A stretch of 64,000 bases of DNA, from NCBI GenBank assembly GCA_965601925.1, contig OZ271854.1, positions 4,096,001-4,160,000 on the forward strand, written 5' to 3'. Below, one piece after another: positions 41,913-52,289 of this stretch. The notes beneath the pieces are model-generated. The model was not told the DNA's origin, searched no databases, and saw only the letters and a list, made by a program, of their open reading frames with translations. This stretch comes from Alkalispirochaeta sp. (GTDB lineage: Bacteria > Spirochaetota > Spirochaetia > DSM-27196 > Alkalispirochaetaceae). Position 1 is the stretch's first letter; each line of letters begins with the position of its first letter. The position numbers and the translations under genes were made by a program.

Positions 41913-42839
41913 TCAGCTCTTGAGAGCCGCGACGACCTCATGGAGGACCCGTTGCGCGTCGTCGTTCTCAATCTGACACGTCCCCGCCGCAGGGTGTCCA
42001 CCACCGCCGTAGCGCAACATCAGCTCGCCGATATTCACCCCGTTCGTGCGATTAAATATCGATCTTCCGACGGTGAGGACGGTATTTTGGCGCTTGAAGC
42101 CCCAGATGACCTGGATTGATACGTCGGTCTCGGGGAAGATTGCGTACTTCACGAAACGATTCCCGGCGTAAATCATCTCCTCGCCGCGCAGATCGACGAT
42201 CAACACATTACCGTCGGCGGTGCCGGACGCGCGAATCTGCGTCTGAAACTTGTCCTGATGTTCAAAGTAGAGATCCACCCGCTCGGCAACATCGGGGAGC
42301 GCGAGAATGTCGTCGATATCGTGATCCTTGCAGTAGTCGATCAGATCCATCATGAGCTGGTAGTTCGAAATACGAAAGTTACGAAAACGCCCCAAACCGG
42401 TACGCGCGTCCATAATGAAGTTGAGTAGGTTCCATCCCTCGGGATTGAGCACCTCCTCGCGCGTGAAATCGGCCGAGTCGCCCTTATCGACGGCCGCCAT
42501 CATATCGTCGCTCACCGACGGAAATGTCTTTTTGCCTCCCAGGTAATCGTACACCACCCGCGCCGCGCTCGGAGCGTCGGGATCGATGATGTAGTTTTCC
42601 TTCTCTCCTACGCGAATCATTTCGGAGTGGTGGTGGTCAAAGGCGAGATGAACGCCCTCGACGTACGGAAGATTCGTCGTGATATCGTCTCCCGAGATTG
42701 CGATCAGACCGTCCTGCATATCCTTGGGGTGGACAAATTTGATCTCATCGATCATATCTTGCGCTCTGAGGAGAACTGCGCATACCAAGCCGTCAAAATC
42801 GCTTCGCGTGACCAGCCGGTACTTCTTATCACTATCCAT
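41913..42839 (-). CDS. DHH/DHHA1 phosphoesterase (nanoRNase/exopolyphosphatase-like)
   Basis: TRSDFDG, FDHH and GGGGHPAAG motifs. Confidence 0.9.
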   Translation of the reverse strand: MDSDKKYRLVTRSDFDGLVCAVLLRAQDMIDEIKFVHPKDMQDGLIAISGDDITTNLPYVEGVHLAFDHHHSEMIRVGEKENYIIDPDAPSAARVVYDYLGGKKTFPSVSDDMMAAVDKGDSADFTREEVLNPEGWNLLNFIMDARTGLGRFRNFRISNYQLMMDLIDYCKDHDIDDILALPDVAERVDLYFEHQDKFQTQIRASGTADGNVLIVDLRGEEMIYAGNRFVKYAIFPETDVSIQVIWGFKRQNTVLTVGRSIFNRTNGVNIGELMLRYGGGGHPAAGTCQIENDDAQRVLHEVVAALKS

Positions 42840-42953
42840 AATGCCTCCGCTTGCACCGCAAGTTTAGCCGAGAACCGGCCGTTCCTCAAGCAAACCGCCT
42901 AAACAGCGTCCCCGTGGACAATCGCCATGCCCTGTACTATAAAGGGCGTGACC

Positions 42954-44027
42954 ATGCGACAACTCGGAAATCGAATCGAATTCGATAGCTTGATTCTCGC
43001 CTGCGACGTTGGAGGCACCAATACCGGGGTAGCGGTGGTGGGACGCCTCGGTCGACGGTTCGACATTCTTCAGCGCTATCGCTACTCCTCTCAAGCACTG
43101 TCGTCGATGCTGGAGGCCGTCGAGCGAACACTCGCGGTCCTCGCGGAGACGACGCCTCACCTCACGCCGAGTCTGATTTGCATCAGCGGCGCCGGGCCCG
43201 TACGCGACAACTACTGTGAACTGTCCAACGTCGGGTGGAACATCGACGGCGCTGCGATCGCGGCCGAGACCGGTATCGAGACGCTGGTCATTAACGATTT
43301 TACCGCAATCAGCTACGGGATTCCGCTTCTCGACGTGGAGGACCCCGCTCAAATCACCCCCCTGCCCGACCGGAACGGCACCGTTCCTGCCCGGGAGGGA
43401 CACGTCCAGGCGGTCGTCGGAGCCGGCACCGGTCTCGGAGTCGGATACCTCGTGGAACAGGAGGGCCGTTTCCTCGCGTTCTCGTCCGAGGGTGGCCACT
43501 CGGGGTTTGCGCCGTACGACGCGCTCACACGCGAGATGGTCGATTGGGCGCTGTCGTCGGTCGAAGCAGGAGCGGCCGCGGGAGCTGAACTCTTCGTCTC
43601 CGGCCAGGGCATCGCGAACACCTACCGCTTCTTTCGGGAGACCGGACGCCTGCCGCAGTCTTCCGCGATCTCCTCACCACCTGCGGAAGAGGACGACCCC
43701 GCAGCGTACGTCTCGGAGGCCGCTTCATCGGGCGACGGCGCAGCGACGGAGATACTTAAGACGTTTGTGAAGAGTTACGCACGGTTCGCTTCGGACGCGG
43801 CGCTCCATTTTCTACCCCGCGGAGGGCTCTTTTTGGCCGGCGGTATCGTCACCAAAAACGAGCGCTGGTTTTTGGAGGACGACCTGTTCATGCACGCCTT
43901 CCGGGCGAACTATCGCGAGCACATCGCCCGTGTGTTGGGACAAATTCCGATTTACATCGTCAAGGACTATGCCATTTCCCTGTACGGCGCGGCGCACGCC
44001 GCCTATTCACGCATCGAGCGCGCGTAA
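42954..44027 (+). CDS. glk: Glucokinase
   Basis: DVGGTN, AGPV, INDF, GAGTGLG, SEGGH and GGLFLAGGI motifs. Confidence 0.92.
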   Translation: MRQLGNRIEFDSLILACDVGGTNTGVAVVGRLGRRFDILQRYRYSSQALSSMLEAVERTLAVLAETTPHLTPSLICISGAGPVRDNYCELSNVGWNIDGAAIAAETGIETLVINDFTAISYGIPLLDVEDPAQITPLPDRNGTVPAREGHVQAVVGAGTGLGVGYLVEQEGRFLAFSSEGGHSGFAPYDALTREMVDWALSSVEAGAAAGAELFVSGQGIANTYRFFRETGRLPQSSAISSPPAEEDDPAAYVSEAASSGDGAATEILKTFVKSYARFASDAALHFLPRGGLFLAGGIVTKNERWFLEDDLFMHAFRANYREHIARVLGQIPIYIVKDYAISLYGAAHAAYSRIERA

Positions 44028-44041
44028 GAAAGGAGACCGCG

Positions 44042-45610
44042 ATGGCCCATGATAAGAGCCGCAGCACGGTGAACGACGACGGAGCCGTAGAGCGCCGTAT
44101 GCACGAGATCGGAATTGATGTCGAGCGCTCGAAACACATCCTCACCGCCTTTAATCGCGGCGACTACGACGGAGTACGCCCACTTGAAGCGTCGGGAGTG
44201 CCGGAAATCGACGGCACGACCATTCTCGACCGCCGCGGATACTCGACCCTGACGCTTCCCGACCGCGCATATCGCGCGCGCCTGGCAGAGATAGCGCCGG
44301 AGATACCCACGGATCGCTTTGGTACGGTCGACGGCGACACGCGACACCTCGACGACGAAGCGCTTCGCACGATCGGTATTCTCCTCTATCCGTACCTCTC
44401 CTACGGCGTTCTCAACGGCGGCAGCGCCACGAGCTACGCCGACACACGCAAGAACCACGCCTTCGACTCGGATCTCTTTGCACTGTATCGCGAAACATTC
44501 GACCGGCTCGCCGAAGGCGCACGGGGAAAGCCGAAGGGAATCACTCCGGCCTTCATTAACCCCGACGGGAGCGACGGGGCGAGCTTTCTCGAACTCAAGT
44601 TTCGTATGGTCCTGCGCGCTGCGGAAGCCTATCGCGCCGTGGCGGCCGATCTGGATATCTCCCCTCCGACGGATGCCGACGGTGCGCCGTTGCGTCCGGG
44701 GTTTCCCGTCGTCGAGATGACGAGCATCTTCACCCGTGATGCACTCCGAGACGCATACGCAACCTACCGCGAGAGTCCTCTGCTTCGCGACCTTCCCGCC
44801 GCTGATAGTGTTCTCCAGACGGCATCGGCCGCGCAGCCCCTCATCGCGGCGATGACCCATTCCGAGGAGGGGCGTCCCAAACGGTTCTTCACGAACGCCG
44901 GAGGAGAAAGCGGACACCCACTCGGGCTCCCCGGCGGCCACGGCCAGAACTTTCAGGTGCTCACGCCGGTCTACCGGCGCCTTCATCGGTTGGGAAAACG
45001 GTTCGTGTACCTCGGGAATGTGGATAACGTCGGCTTCACGATCGACCCGGTCTCTCTTGCGATTCTGGCGCTTCGCGGCGCACAGGGCGGATTCGACTTC
45101 TCCTTTCGTACTCCCGTGGACGTCAAAATCGGCATCCTCGTCTACGACCAGAACGGGAGGCTCAACTGCGGTGATATCGGTCCGGCAATCAGCCGCGACG
45201 AGATGCTGGCGGTCGAGCGGCGGGGAACCAAAATCCTTTGTAACTGCGCCTCCGGACTCTTCAACCTCGACTATTTGGCACCCAACCTGGATCGCATCGT
45301 GGCCGAACTCCCGATGCGCATCTCCGACCAGGACAAGGACGCGGGACGCTATAGCCAGGCCGAGCAGGTGACGTGGGAGATCATCGGGATGCTCGACGAC
45401 CCGCTCATCTTCGGAATCGATAAATACCGGCGCTTTCTCGCCGCAAAGATGCTCCTGGAGACGATTCTTACAAGCGGCGTTGCGCTCGAGACGGCGCAGA
45501 AGATACAGCAGACCGCGCCCGCCTTGGCGGCCGGCCTCCGGGGCGTATTGCAGGAGCAGTACGGGCTGTCGCTACAGGCGGGGCGTTGGCGGCCGGCCGA
45601 AACGGTGTAG
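44042..45610 (+). CDS. UTP-glucose-1-phosphate uridylyltransferase (UDPGP family)
   Basis: LNGGSATS, PGGHG and GNVDNVG motifs; directly downstream of glk. Confidence 0.8.
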   Translation: MAHDKSRSTVNDDGAVERRMHEIGIDVERSKHILTAFNRGDYDGVRPLEASGVPEIDGTTILDRRGYSTLTLPDRAYRARLAEIAPEIPTDRFGTVDGDTRHLDDEALRTIGILLYPYLSYGVLNGGSATSYADTRKNHAFDSDLFALYRETFDRLAEGARGKPKGITPAFINPDGSDGASFLELKFRMVLRAAEAYRAVAADLDISPPTDADGAPLRPGFPVVEMTSIFTRDALRDAYATYRESPLLRDLPAADSVLQTASAAQPLIAAMTHSEEGRPKRFFTNAGGESGHPLGLPGGHGQNFQVLTPVYRRLHRLGKRFVYLGNVDNVGFTIDPVSLAILALRGAQGGFDFSFRTPVDVKIGILVYDQNGRLNCGDIGPAISRDEMLAVERRGTKILCNCASGLFNLDYLAPNLDRIVAELPMRISDQDKDAGRYSQAEQVTWEIIGMLDDPLIFGIDKYRRFLAAKMLLETILTSGVALETAQKIQQTAPALAAGLRGVLQEQYGLSLQAGRWRPAETV

Positions 45611-45635
45611 CACAACCGTCCGTTACGTGGCCGTC

Positions 45636-46307
45636 CTATCGGTCGGCATAGTGCTCCGCCTCGTCGATCATCGCGCGAAAGAGGCGCCGCGTACCACCGG
45701 GCGCGAATGCCCGCAGGATGCGCGGAAACCCTCGAAACGGATCGCGAAACTCGGTCGTGTTTCGCTGCCTCATATAGGTAACGGAGCGCCCGTCGACCTC
45801 CATCTCCTCCATGAAAAACGCCCCGCGACTCGATGTGAGCTTGCCGTCGAGTGACTCGATCATCTCGTATTCCAGAATGAACCGACGCGGCTCCTGCAAG
45901 CGTAGATCGATCGCCTCGGAGCGCTGGCGTATATGGTAGGTCGCGTCGATTCCCATAAATCGAACGCCGATCCGCTGCACCTCGATCACGACATTGCCGG
46001 GCTCCGAGGTAACGGGTGTCCATTCATACTCGTGAAGGTTCGGCATGTACTCAGCGATCCGATCACGATTGAGAAAGACCATCGCCAACGCGTCGATCGG
46101 AAGGTCGGCGATCAGATGGTAGTCGGTATCACTGCGCACGATCGTCTCGCCCGCGCTGTCGGCGTGCGTGGTAACTTCGAACGCAAGCTGGGTCGCCCGA
46201 CGACCGACTTCGAGATCATTGTGTGCAACGGCAATCTCTCGCGCGTAGATGGGTGAGGCTATTGCAAGCGTACAAAAGAGTCCGAGCAATACATATATGT
46301 TACGCAT
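45636..46307 (-). CDS. Hypothetical exported protein (possibly START/SRPBCC-like)
   Basis: Signal peptide MRNIYVLLGLFCTLAIASPIYA; EYMPNL...SLDGKL..S.G. Confidence 0.6.
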   Translation of the reverse strand: MRNIYVLLGLFCTLAIASPIYAREIAVAHNDLEVGRRATQLAFEVTTHADSAGETIVRSDTDYHLIADLPIDALAMVFLNRDRIAEYMPNLHEYEWTPVTSEPGNVVIEVQRIGVRFMGIDATYHIRQRSEAIDLRLQEPRRFILEYEMIESLDGKLTSSRGAFFMEEMEVDGRSVTYMRQRNTTEFRDPFRGFPRILRAFAPGGTRRLFRAMIDEAEHYADR

Positions 46308-46591
46308 GGAGGAGTATGTTTGGTCCTGTTTCTGTTGGGCCGAAGTATCCCACAGCGTATTGAACGGCCGAGTGTAAGCAGTACTGCCGCGATGATTCTG
46401 CCATTCGATCCCACGCGGTCGACTTGGAAGTACGTACGGTGAACCGAGAAATACGCGGTTCACGGTCGCCGGATAGCCGGCTCTTGATGTCGATAATTAT
46501 CGAGGGCTGCCGCATCAGAAGGCGAGGATATCATGTGAATCGCGGGGGGTACAGTGCGGCGGGGAGTATGATTACGCCTTTGCACCACGGT

Positions 46592-47011
46592 CTTCGGGCG
46601 CGTCTCCCCTTGTTCAACGAAGGGAGCGGCCGTCGGTGTCGATCACTCAGCAGGCCCTTCGGGCCAGAAGTCGTGCTCGCCACCGCCGTCCGTTCCCCGG
46701 CGCGTTTCAACAGAGATGTCTCGTCCTCTTGTGAGATGTCGGGGGGACCGGGCTCCGGGTTCCGGGTTCCAATTCCTCGGCCCGATCATGGGTGGATGGT
46801 GGTGCGGTAGTTCTTACGACGGCTTGTCGTACCCATCACGCACCGACCGCTTCTCGGCTCACTTCGGCCGCATACCCGAGCAGCACGCAGTGCGTGCGAC
46901 CAGGGGCCGATCGCCGGCGGTCGTCGCCCCGGGCCGGCTGCATGGGCGCGCGGCAATCCGCCAAGGATTGCGACCAGCCCCTGTGGGATTTCCTCCCTTC
47001 GCACTCGCGCT
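46592..47011. repeat. Hairpin-rich intergenic element, copy A (longest)
   Basis: Shares TCGGGCGCGTCTCCCC, CGATCACTCAGCAGGCCCTYCGGGCCAGAAGTCG and GCCACCGCCGTCCGTT with copies B and C; has two extra hairpin insertions relative to C. Confidence 0.9.
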
Positions 47012-47116
47012 ACGGTAAGTCATGTCGCGTTTGGTTCAACTGCGCGGTTTCGCCCCACTTCATCGTCCAGATGAGGTTTTGGATCTCCACGTTATTGTAA
47101 AAACATATACCGACAG

Positions 47117-48037
47117 TCAGGGTCCTGACGGCACGTTGAACTCAAGCCGGAAGTCCGGATTTCGTGTTTGTAGTTCGTCAAGATGCTCATTGAACCACGA
47201 TTCGAGCCGCTCGTACGTTCCAGTCCGCGGTCCAAATACCGTGTTGTTGATACTGTCGATATACAAGGTCCGAATATTCGACTCCAACAATGCGTCGATG
47301 TTGTTGAGTTCGGGTGTCTGCATAATATTCAAATCAAACTCGCCTGGAGTTGTATCAATGTTGTCGAGCGAACGAATTTGCGTCGAATCGACCCTAAGCA
47401 CACTAAGTCGCGTCATCCCTGACATATCCGGCAACGAGGTAATCCCCGTAAATGCAACATCGAGATACTCGATGTGTTCGTTATTCACGAGGACATCAAT
47501 TGATGAAATATCAGACCGGAAAAGTGTCAAATGACGCACATCGGTGTCAGCAATATTGGCAATGTCTTCGACTCTATCATTGAATGACAACTGCGATAGG
47601 GACAACTCCTTAGGAAGCTCCGGAACAGTTCGGACGTCAATATAATAGGTGGAAATGCTATCAATCCAACTGATCGCCATAGGGGAAAGTCGTGCTAAAT
47701 TATGAAGCAATCCTGTATCAGATCGTATCTCGTCGCGCATACCGGGAACACCCAAGTTACGCGTCCTCGAAGACCATTCGCCATCATATTGGTCCGCATA
47801 TGCTGTTAGCTCGGCGTTGATTGCGTCGATCGTCTGTTGATCCAACTCGCCATCCGGCGTCATTAAGCGATCAGTTCCAAGAACTTCTGTCGTCGCCTCC
47901 TCATTGACCAAAACTACCGGTGCCGATGATATCGGCTCCGAATCGCTTGTGCCATCGACATCTTTCGAACACGCGCTAAGGCTAAGAAGCAGAAGTACAA
48001 AGCATATGAGAAAATACCATACTTGTTTCTTCATCAT
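47117..48037 (-). CDS. Leucine-rich-repeat lipoprotein (putative orphan immunity protein)
   Basis: Lipobox LSAC; LxxLxLxxxxI repeats (IEYLDVAFTGITSLPD, LSVLRVDSTQIRSLD). Confidence 0.75.
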   Translation of the reverse strand: MMKKQVWYFLICFVLLLLSLSACSKDVDGTSDSEPISSAPVVLVNEEATTEVLGTDRLMTPDGELDQQTIDAINAELTAYADQYDGEWSSRTRNLGVPGMRDEIRSDTGLLHNLARLSPMAISWIDSISTYYIDVRTVPELPKELSLSQLSFNDRVEDIANIADTDVRHLTLFRSDISSIDVLVNNEHIEYLDVAFTGITSLPDMSGMTRLSVLRVDSTQIRSLDNIDTTPGEFDLNIMQTPELNNIDALLESNIRTLYIDSINNTVFGPRTGTYERLESWFNEHLDELQTRNPDFRLEFNVPSGP

Positions 48038-48062
48038 TACCGGTAAGATGACGATTCAAACA

Positions 48063-49082
48063 CTACTCGGCTTCGCGGTACTGATTTTCAGGTACTTTCC
48101 AAGCTCGAACGGTACGCTCAAGTCGCTCTATTGGTCGCTCCCATGTGTGGTTGCGAATGATGGCGCTGATGGCGGTGTCGTCCCAACGACTCCCGGGGTA
48201 CACATCCAGAATCTCGAGTTGCACGGATCGAGTCGGCGTAGGGAAGTTAATGTATGAGAGCTCGACGACATCTTCAAATGTGTATTCAAACTCAAACCGT
48301 GTTTCCGGGTCCGTCGATCGGATCATCGCCGTACGCACACGATTGTTCATTCGAAACAAATGACGTCGCTCAGGATCAACAAATCCATTGAGCACGAGCA
48401 TGTGATCAGAGGGCTCTTCAAAGGTGATATCAAGCGTTACGCCAATCCCCGGCCCCTCTTCGCCTTCGACCCACGGATTATGGAGTGCGTTCCAGTACAT
48501 TGAGATTTGGTCACCAAAGAAAATGCTGCGAAGCAGCTGTGGTCCATACACAACCTCTTCTCCGTTAACGTCTTCTGACAAGATAGAGTGCGCAGATATC
48601 GACTCAACCCCAAAGCTGTATATTCGATGAGGTTCATTTCCCTCCGTTGCGGGCTCCAAAATCCAGAGTGCGTTCGGATTGTGGGCATTTATCTCAGTGC
48701 TGAAAAGCTGAAGGAAATTACCGCCAAACAACGTGAAAAAATCTTGACCCATGATCGTCGTTTCGTAATATCCACTCTCTGTCAAGACAATATCGTCGAC
48801 ATTCATCTCTTGCCAAATGGTGTCGAAGAACCACGTCATTGTGTCGCCCTCGCGCACAACGAATGATCCCGCGACCGGGAAATACCCGAACGCATTAGCG
48901 GCCACTTCGACTATCGGTTCAGCCGAGCCTGCATCGTCACTAGGTTCAACCATCAAAAGATGTGTTTCGTCAGCTAACATCGGCTCGCCGTTTGCATTGA
49001 TGGCACGGGAATCCCCTTCGGATTGCCGACAAGAAATAACCGTGATCAGAAAAATGATAATACCGACTGTTACTCGTCTCAT
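48063..49082 (-). CDS. Lipoprotein, putative immunity protein for the 49086 cassette (NADase-type glycan-binding-like C-terminal domain)
   Basis: Lipobox VISC; PWVEG..GPGIG, NGFVD...LF.MNNRV, ILDVYPGSRWDDTAIS; starts 3 nt after the upstream stop. Confidence 0.7.
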   Translation of the reverse strand: MRRVTVGIIIFLITVISCRQSEGDSRAINANGEPMLADETHLLMVEPSDDAGSAEPIVEVAANAFGYFPVAGSFVVREGDTMTWFFDTIWQEMNVDDIVLTESGYYETTIMGQDFFTLFGGNFLQLFSTEINAHNPNALWILEPATEGNEPHRIYSFGVESISAHSILSEDVNGEEVVYGPQLLRSIFFGDQISMYWNALHNPWVEGEEGPGIGVTLDITFEEPSDHMLVLNGFVDPERRHLFRMNNRVRTAMIRSTDPETRFEFEYTFEDVVELSYINFPTPTRSVQLEILDVYPGSRWDDTAISAIIRNHTWERPIERLERTVRAWKVPENQYREAE

Positions 49083-49085
49083 AGT

Positions 49086-50984
49086 TTAATAGTACCAACT
49101 GTACCACGTATCTTCGAAGGGGACTTCGAATAACGTTGCGTCGATATGGTACCCACTCTCCATACCGGTCGATTCTAGAAATCCGAAAGTCGATTGAATC
49201 GTATCGTGCGATGTCACAAAACATCCGTCAGAGAAACATCCACTCGCCCAATCGGATGTAGCACCGGCAGCTCTATTTGAATGAAGAAGCCACCGTTCCC
49301 AGTCTGTTCCGTTACGCCCATCGTTACCGATCGCCTGTCCATCCAGTGTTGCGGCATTGTTAAGAATCAGTACTGCGTTCTGATTGCCGTCAATCTCTCC
49401 TGCAAATCCCGACGACTGACCATAATACGTTATACCCAACGATCCCGGCGCGATCGTGTTTCCCTGCACATTGCCGTGTACCGGATGATCGAACGGCTGG
49501 CTTAAGTTATCACCGCGCCTGTTCGTTGTCATATTGTCGACGGTGTGATACCCGCCAAACGCATCACCCGCGATGAGGTTACCGTCCAAGTCGTACTGCT
49601 GAATCACCAGATGATCCTGACTCTGGCTTCCTGGGTTATAGAGGTCATCCTCGTAAGCCGACCAGCCATTGTAGGTGTCGGGATTGCGAAAGATCTCGGC
49701 CTTCACGGTCGAGTATTCATACGCGCCGTCGGTGTACTCAGCCAAAATCCGACCCTGCTCGGCAAGATTTCGGTCGGTCAACGTCATGCCCTCAACTGTA
49801 AAGCCGCCTTCTCCGTCTGCTTGCCAACGACCTGCATCACCATTCCACTCCGCTCCCGCATTCTTCAACAACGCCTCGCCCACTAAGCTGTTCCGTTGCG
49901 CATCCGTCAGCCCATCAAGGCTTGCTCCCGGGTCGTGGCGTAGTATCTGCACATCAACCGCCGAAAATCCAAACACATCCATGAGTGTCTGGTCATCGTA
50001 GTTGCTTGGATCTGTTATGTCGCCTCCTAATAGCTGTCCCGCGCGTTCGTCGTCAACAAGGTTTCCCAGCGATGCAGCCCACCCCATTTCGTTCTGAGCG
50101 CCCTGTCCTTCTGGCGTCATCGTGCTGATCACATCGCCTTCGGCGTTTAGATACTCGACGGTCAACTCTTTGCTCCCGTCGTCGATGAGCTCATGAGTTC
50201 CATCGGCGTGTACGACCAGTTTCCAATAATCCGCACTGGAATCATAGGCACCGCCCACATACGAGACAAAGTCGCTGAAGTCACCTGTCTTCTGCGCCTC
50301 CACCAACCGCTTCACCTCGTCCTGTTGCATCCCCGTCAGCTGCTCGTCTCCGTAGATCCCCGCGACCTGCTGCGCCACCAACGTGTGGCCGACGACCGCT
50401 TGTACCGTCTCCTGCTGTTGTCCCAGCTCCCCGTTATCCACCCCATCCCGAAACGCCTCGTGCGATAACGTCAGTCCCAGCTGATACTTACTCCCCGCAC
50501 TCGCGCCGTCTCCCAGGTAGATCTGCTTCTGTCCGTTGACCAGCTCCGTCTCGGCACGACCGTCCGTACCGCCCCGTACCAACCGCGCCTCGCCCGACAT
50601 CAACTCATCATACAGCGCTTCGGTTTCGGCCAGTCCCGACGTGTCCAGCATCCGCATCGCGATCGCCTCGTCTCCGCGGAATCCCTCACGATGGATGTCC
50701 AAGCTCCGCCGGTACGATGAGAATCCGCCCATCCCTTGCATCACCTGGCCCACGCTCATCCCGATGCCCCCCATGCCCACATTGAACACCGGTCGATCGC
50801 CCCCCAGATTCAGCTCCAGTAGTCCCGTACCCGTGGGTCCTCCGAGGTCGCTCATGCTCAACACATTCAACGTCGTTTGCCCCGTCGGGCTTCGGGCGCG
50901 TCTCCCCCGGTTCCAATTCGGGGGGAGCGGTCGTCGGTGTCGATCACTCAGCAGGCCCTCCGGGCCAGAAGTCGCGACCGCCAC
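49086..50984 (-). CDS. Orphan toxin C-terminal cassette 2 with a Tlde1/YkuD-like tip
   Basis: TGQTTLN...GLLELNLGGDRPVFNVG is homologous to the giant protein; HEAFRDG, DYWKL; tip WLLH-x16-SDGCF; homology starts near 50886, and GTG 50984 lies inside element B. Confidence 0.75.
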   Translation of the reverse strand: MAVATSGPEGLLSDRHRRPLPPNWNRGRRARSPTGQTTLNVLSMSDLGGPTGTGLLELNLGGDRPVFNVGMGGIGMSVGQVMQGMGGFSSYRRSLDIHREGFRGDEAIAMRMLDTSGLAETEALYDELMSGEARLVRGGTDGRAETELVNGQKQIYLGDGASAGSKYQLGLTLSHEAFRDGVDNGELGQQQETVQAVVGHTLVAQQVAGIYGDEQLTGMQQDEVKRLVEAQKTGDFSDFVSYVGGAYDSSADYWKLVVHADGTHELIDDGSKELTVEYLNAEGDVISTMTPEGQGAQNEMGWAASLGNLVDDERAGQLLGGDITDPSNYDDQTLMDVFGFSAVDVQILRHDPGASLDGLTDAQRNSLVGEALLKNAGAEWNGDAGRWQADGEGGFTVEGMTLTDRNLAEQGRILAEYTDGAYEYSTVKAEIFRNPDTYNGWSAYEDDLYNPGSQSQDHLVIQQYDLDGNLIAGDAFGGYHTVDNMTTNRRGDNLSQPFDHPVHGNVQGNTIAPGSLGITYYGQSSGFAGEIDGNQNAVLILNNAATLDGQAIGNDGRNGTDWERWLLHSNRAAGATSDWASGCFSDGCFVTSHDTIQSTFGFLESTGMESGYHIDATLFEVPFEDTWYSWYY

Positions 50985-51122
50985 CGCCGTCCGTTCCCCG
51001 GCGGAGTACCGTAGGTGTGTCTCATTCTCATATGGGATGTCGGGGGGAGACCGGGCTGCGGACTGATAGTCCTCAGCCCGGCAATGGGTGGATAGTGCTG
51101 TGATTACTCTTACGTCGGTTCG
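50890..51122. repeat. Hairpin-rich intergenic element, copy B (truncated)
   Basis: Same conserved blocks as A and C; lacks their distal (higher-coordinate) part; abuts cassette 2. Confidence 0.9.
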
Positions 51123-51185
51123 CCGCAACTACTCTGCGTACATTCTCTTGCAGAGACTTCTCGATCTCTGCTCGTATCATCCCCG

Positions 51186-51836
51186 CTAACGAGTCCCTTG
51201 TGGGCAGTTTCGTTCAGGACTGCATTTGCTCGCCATTAGGCCAAAGTGATTGAGAAACAAATCTATCACTCGATTGCCGTCGTAAGGTTCTAATGACTCG
51301 CCGTAGTCGAGCCATCCATGGGCTGCTAAATCATGGGCAGTCATGCTCAATAGCCAATTGTAAGCCCCATCATTGCGTACGGTGTACTCAACTGCGCGTA
51401 CTACGAATGCCATCATTGCCTCATGGGCGCGCGGTTCTTGCGCAGGATCCAGTAGCCCAAGAGTTCCGGAAACTCCTTGCAAGCCAGCAATCGCCAAGGA
51501 ACTCGTCGCCCAACGGCGAGTCGATTCAGATCTCTCGATGAGCTTGACTTCCGACAAGAGAGAAACAACGTCGTCAACTTGCAGATCCGTCCGTCTCTCC
51601 AGCGCTAGGAGCGCGGCATCTGCAGAAGCCGACATGGGAAAATGGGCCGCGAAACGATACATATAAACTTCGAGCAAAACAGACGTATCGAGCTGCGAAA
51701 GCTCATCGTGAGGGATCGCTTCAACTCGCTCTATCATCTCACGTAGTTCGTTATCACTGTCCCAAGGGTCGGCATGTGTAAGTGTTGCGATAACGCAACA
51801 CTGCAAAATAAAAAGTAATCCGTAACGGTTCTGCAT
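51186..51836 (-). CDS. Exported putative immunity protein, paralogue of 52290-52916
   Basis: Signal peptide; shared WDS....R and LDPxQEPRA.E.MM.FV.RA.E.TVRND motifs; TGATG overlap with the upstream tip remnant. Confidence 0.78.
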   Translation of the reverse strand: MQNRYGLLFILQCCVIATLTHADPWDSDNELREMIERVEAIPHDELSQLDTSVLLEVYMYRFAAHFPMSASADAALLALERRTDLQVDDVVSLLSEVKLIERSESTRRWATSSLAIAGLQGVSGTLGLLDPAQEPRAHEAMMAFVVRAVEYTVRNDGAYNWLLSMTAHDLAAHGWLDYGESLEPYDGNRVIDLFLNHFGLMASKCSPERNCPQGTR

Positions 51837-52045
51837 CAGTGGTACCATCCCGTGAAAGGTGTGCCGGGCCGTGATAGCAAGCCGCGATACGAGCTCGGAT
51901 TGTTGCCTAAACCACCAGGAGGAATGCTACCACCCACGGCAAACGCCATGAGTCCCTCCGTGTGTCCAAAGTACGGAACTGGAGGTGGGGCCGGATTGTT
52001 GATACCTTCCACTGCGTAGTTATACAGCCACTGGCCGGCGGGCAT
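51836..52045 (-). pseudogene. Toxin-tip remnant paralogous to the end of cassette 1
   Basis: AGQWLYNYAVEGIN...YFGHTEGLMAFAVGG...PFTGWYH versus AGQWVYNYGVEGIN...YFGHTEELMAYAIGG...PYTGWYY. Confidence 0.85.
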
Positions 52046-52289
52046 CTCTTGGCAGGTATCTATCAGGTCGGTCGTCAAACAACAATTCGGAACTCTGCTC
52101 CAACGCGTCGACACTGTTAAAGCATATGCTCTGATTGTTGTGCTAAAAAACATTGATCGCTCGTTTGTTCCTACCGCTTCATCTCCCGTTTCTCCACTTC
52201 AGCACTTGCATGAAGTATTGGATACCAAAAACCTGCTGCGTTCGCCGTGAGTCCTCATACAATTAACCAGCTTTAGTCTCGCCGTATCC

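Noticed and set aside
46592..47011. Element as an intact group II intron or hammerhead ribozyme
   Set aside because: A GTGCG and a GAGCCG occur, but there is no recognisable domain V/VI or RT; CTGCTGA deviates from CUGAnGA and I saw no matching GAAA core. A degenerate remnant cannot be excluded without a covariance-model search
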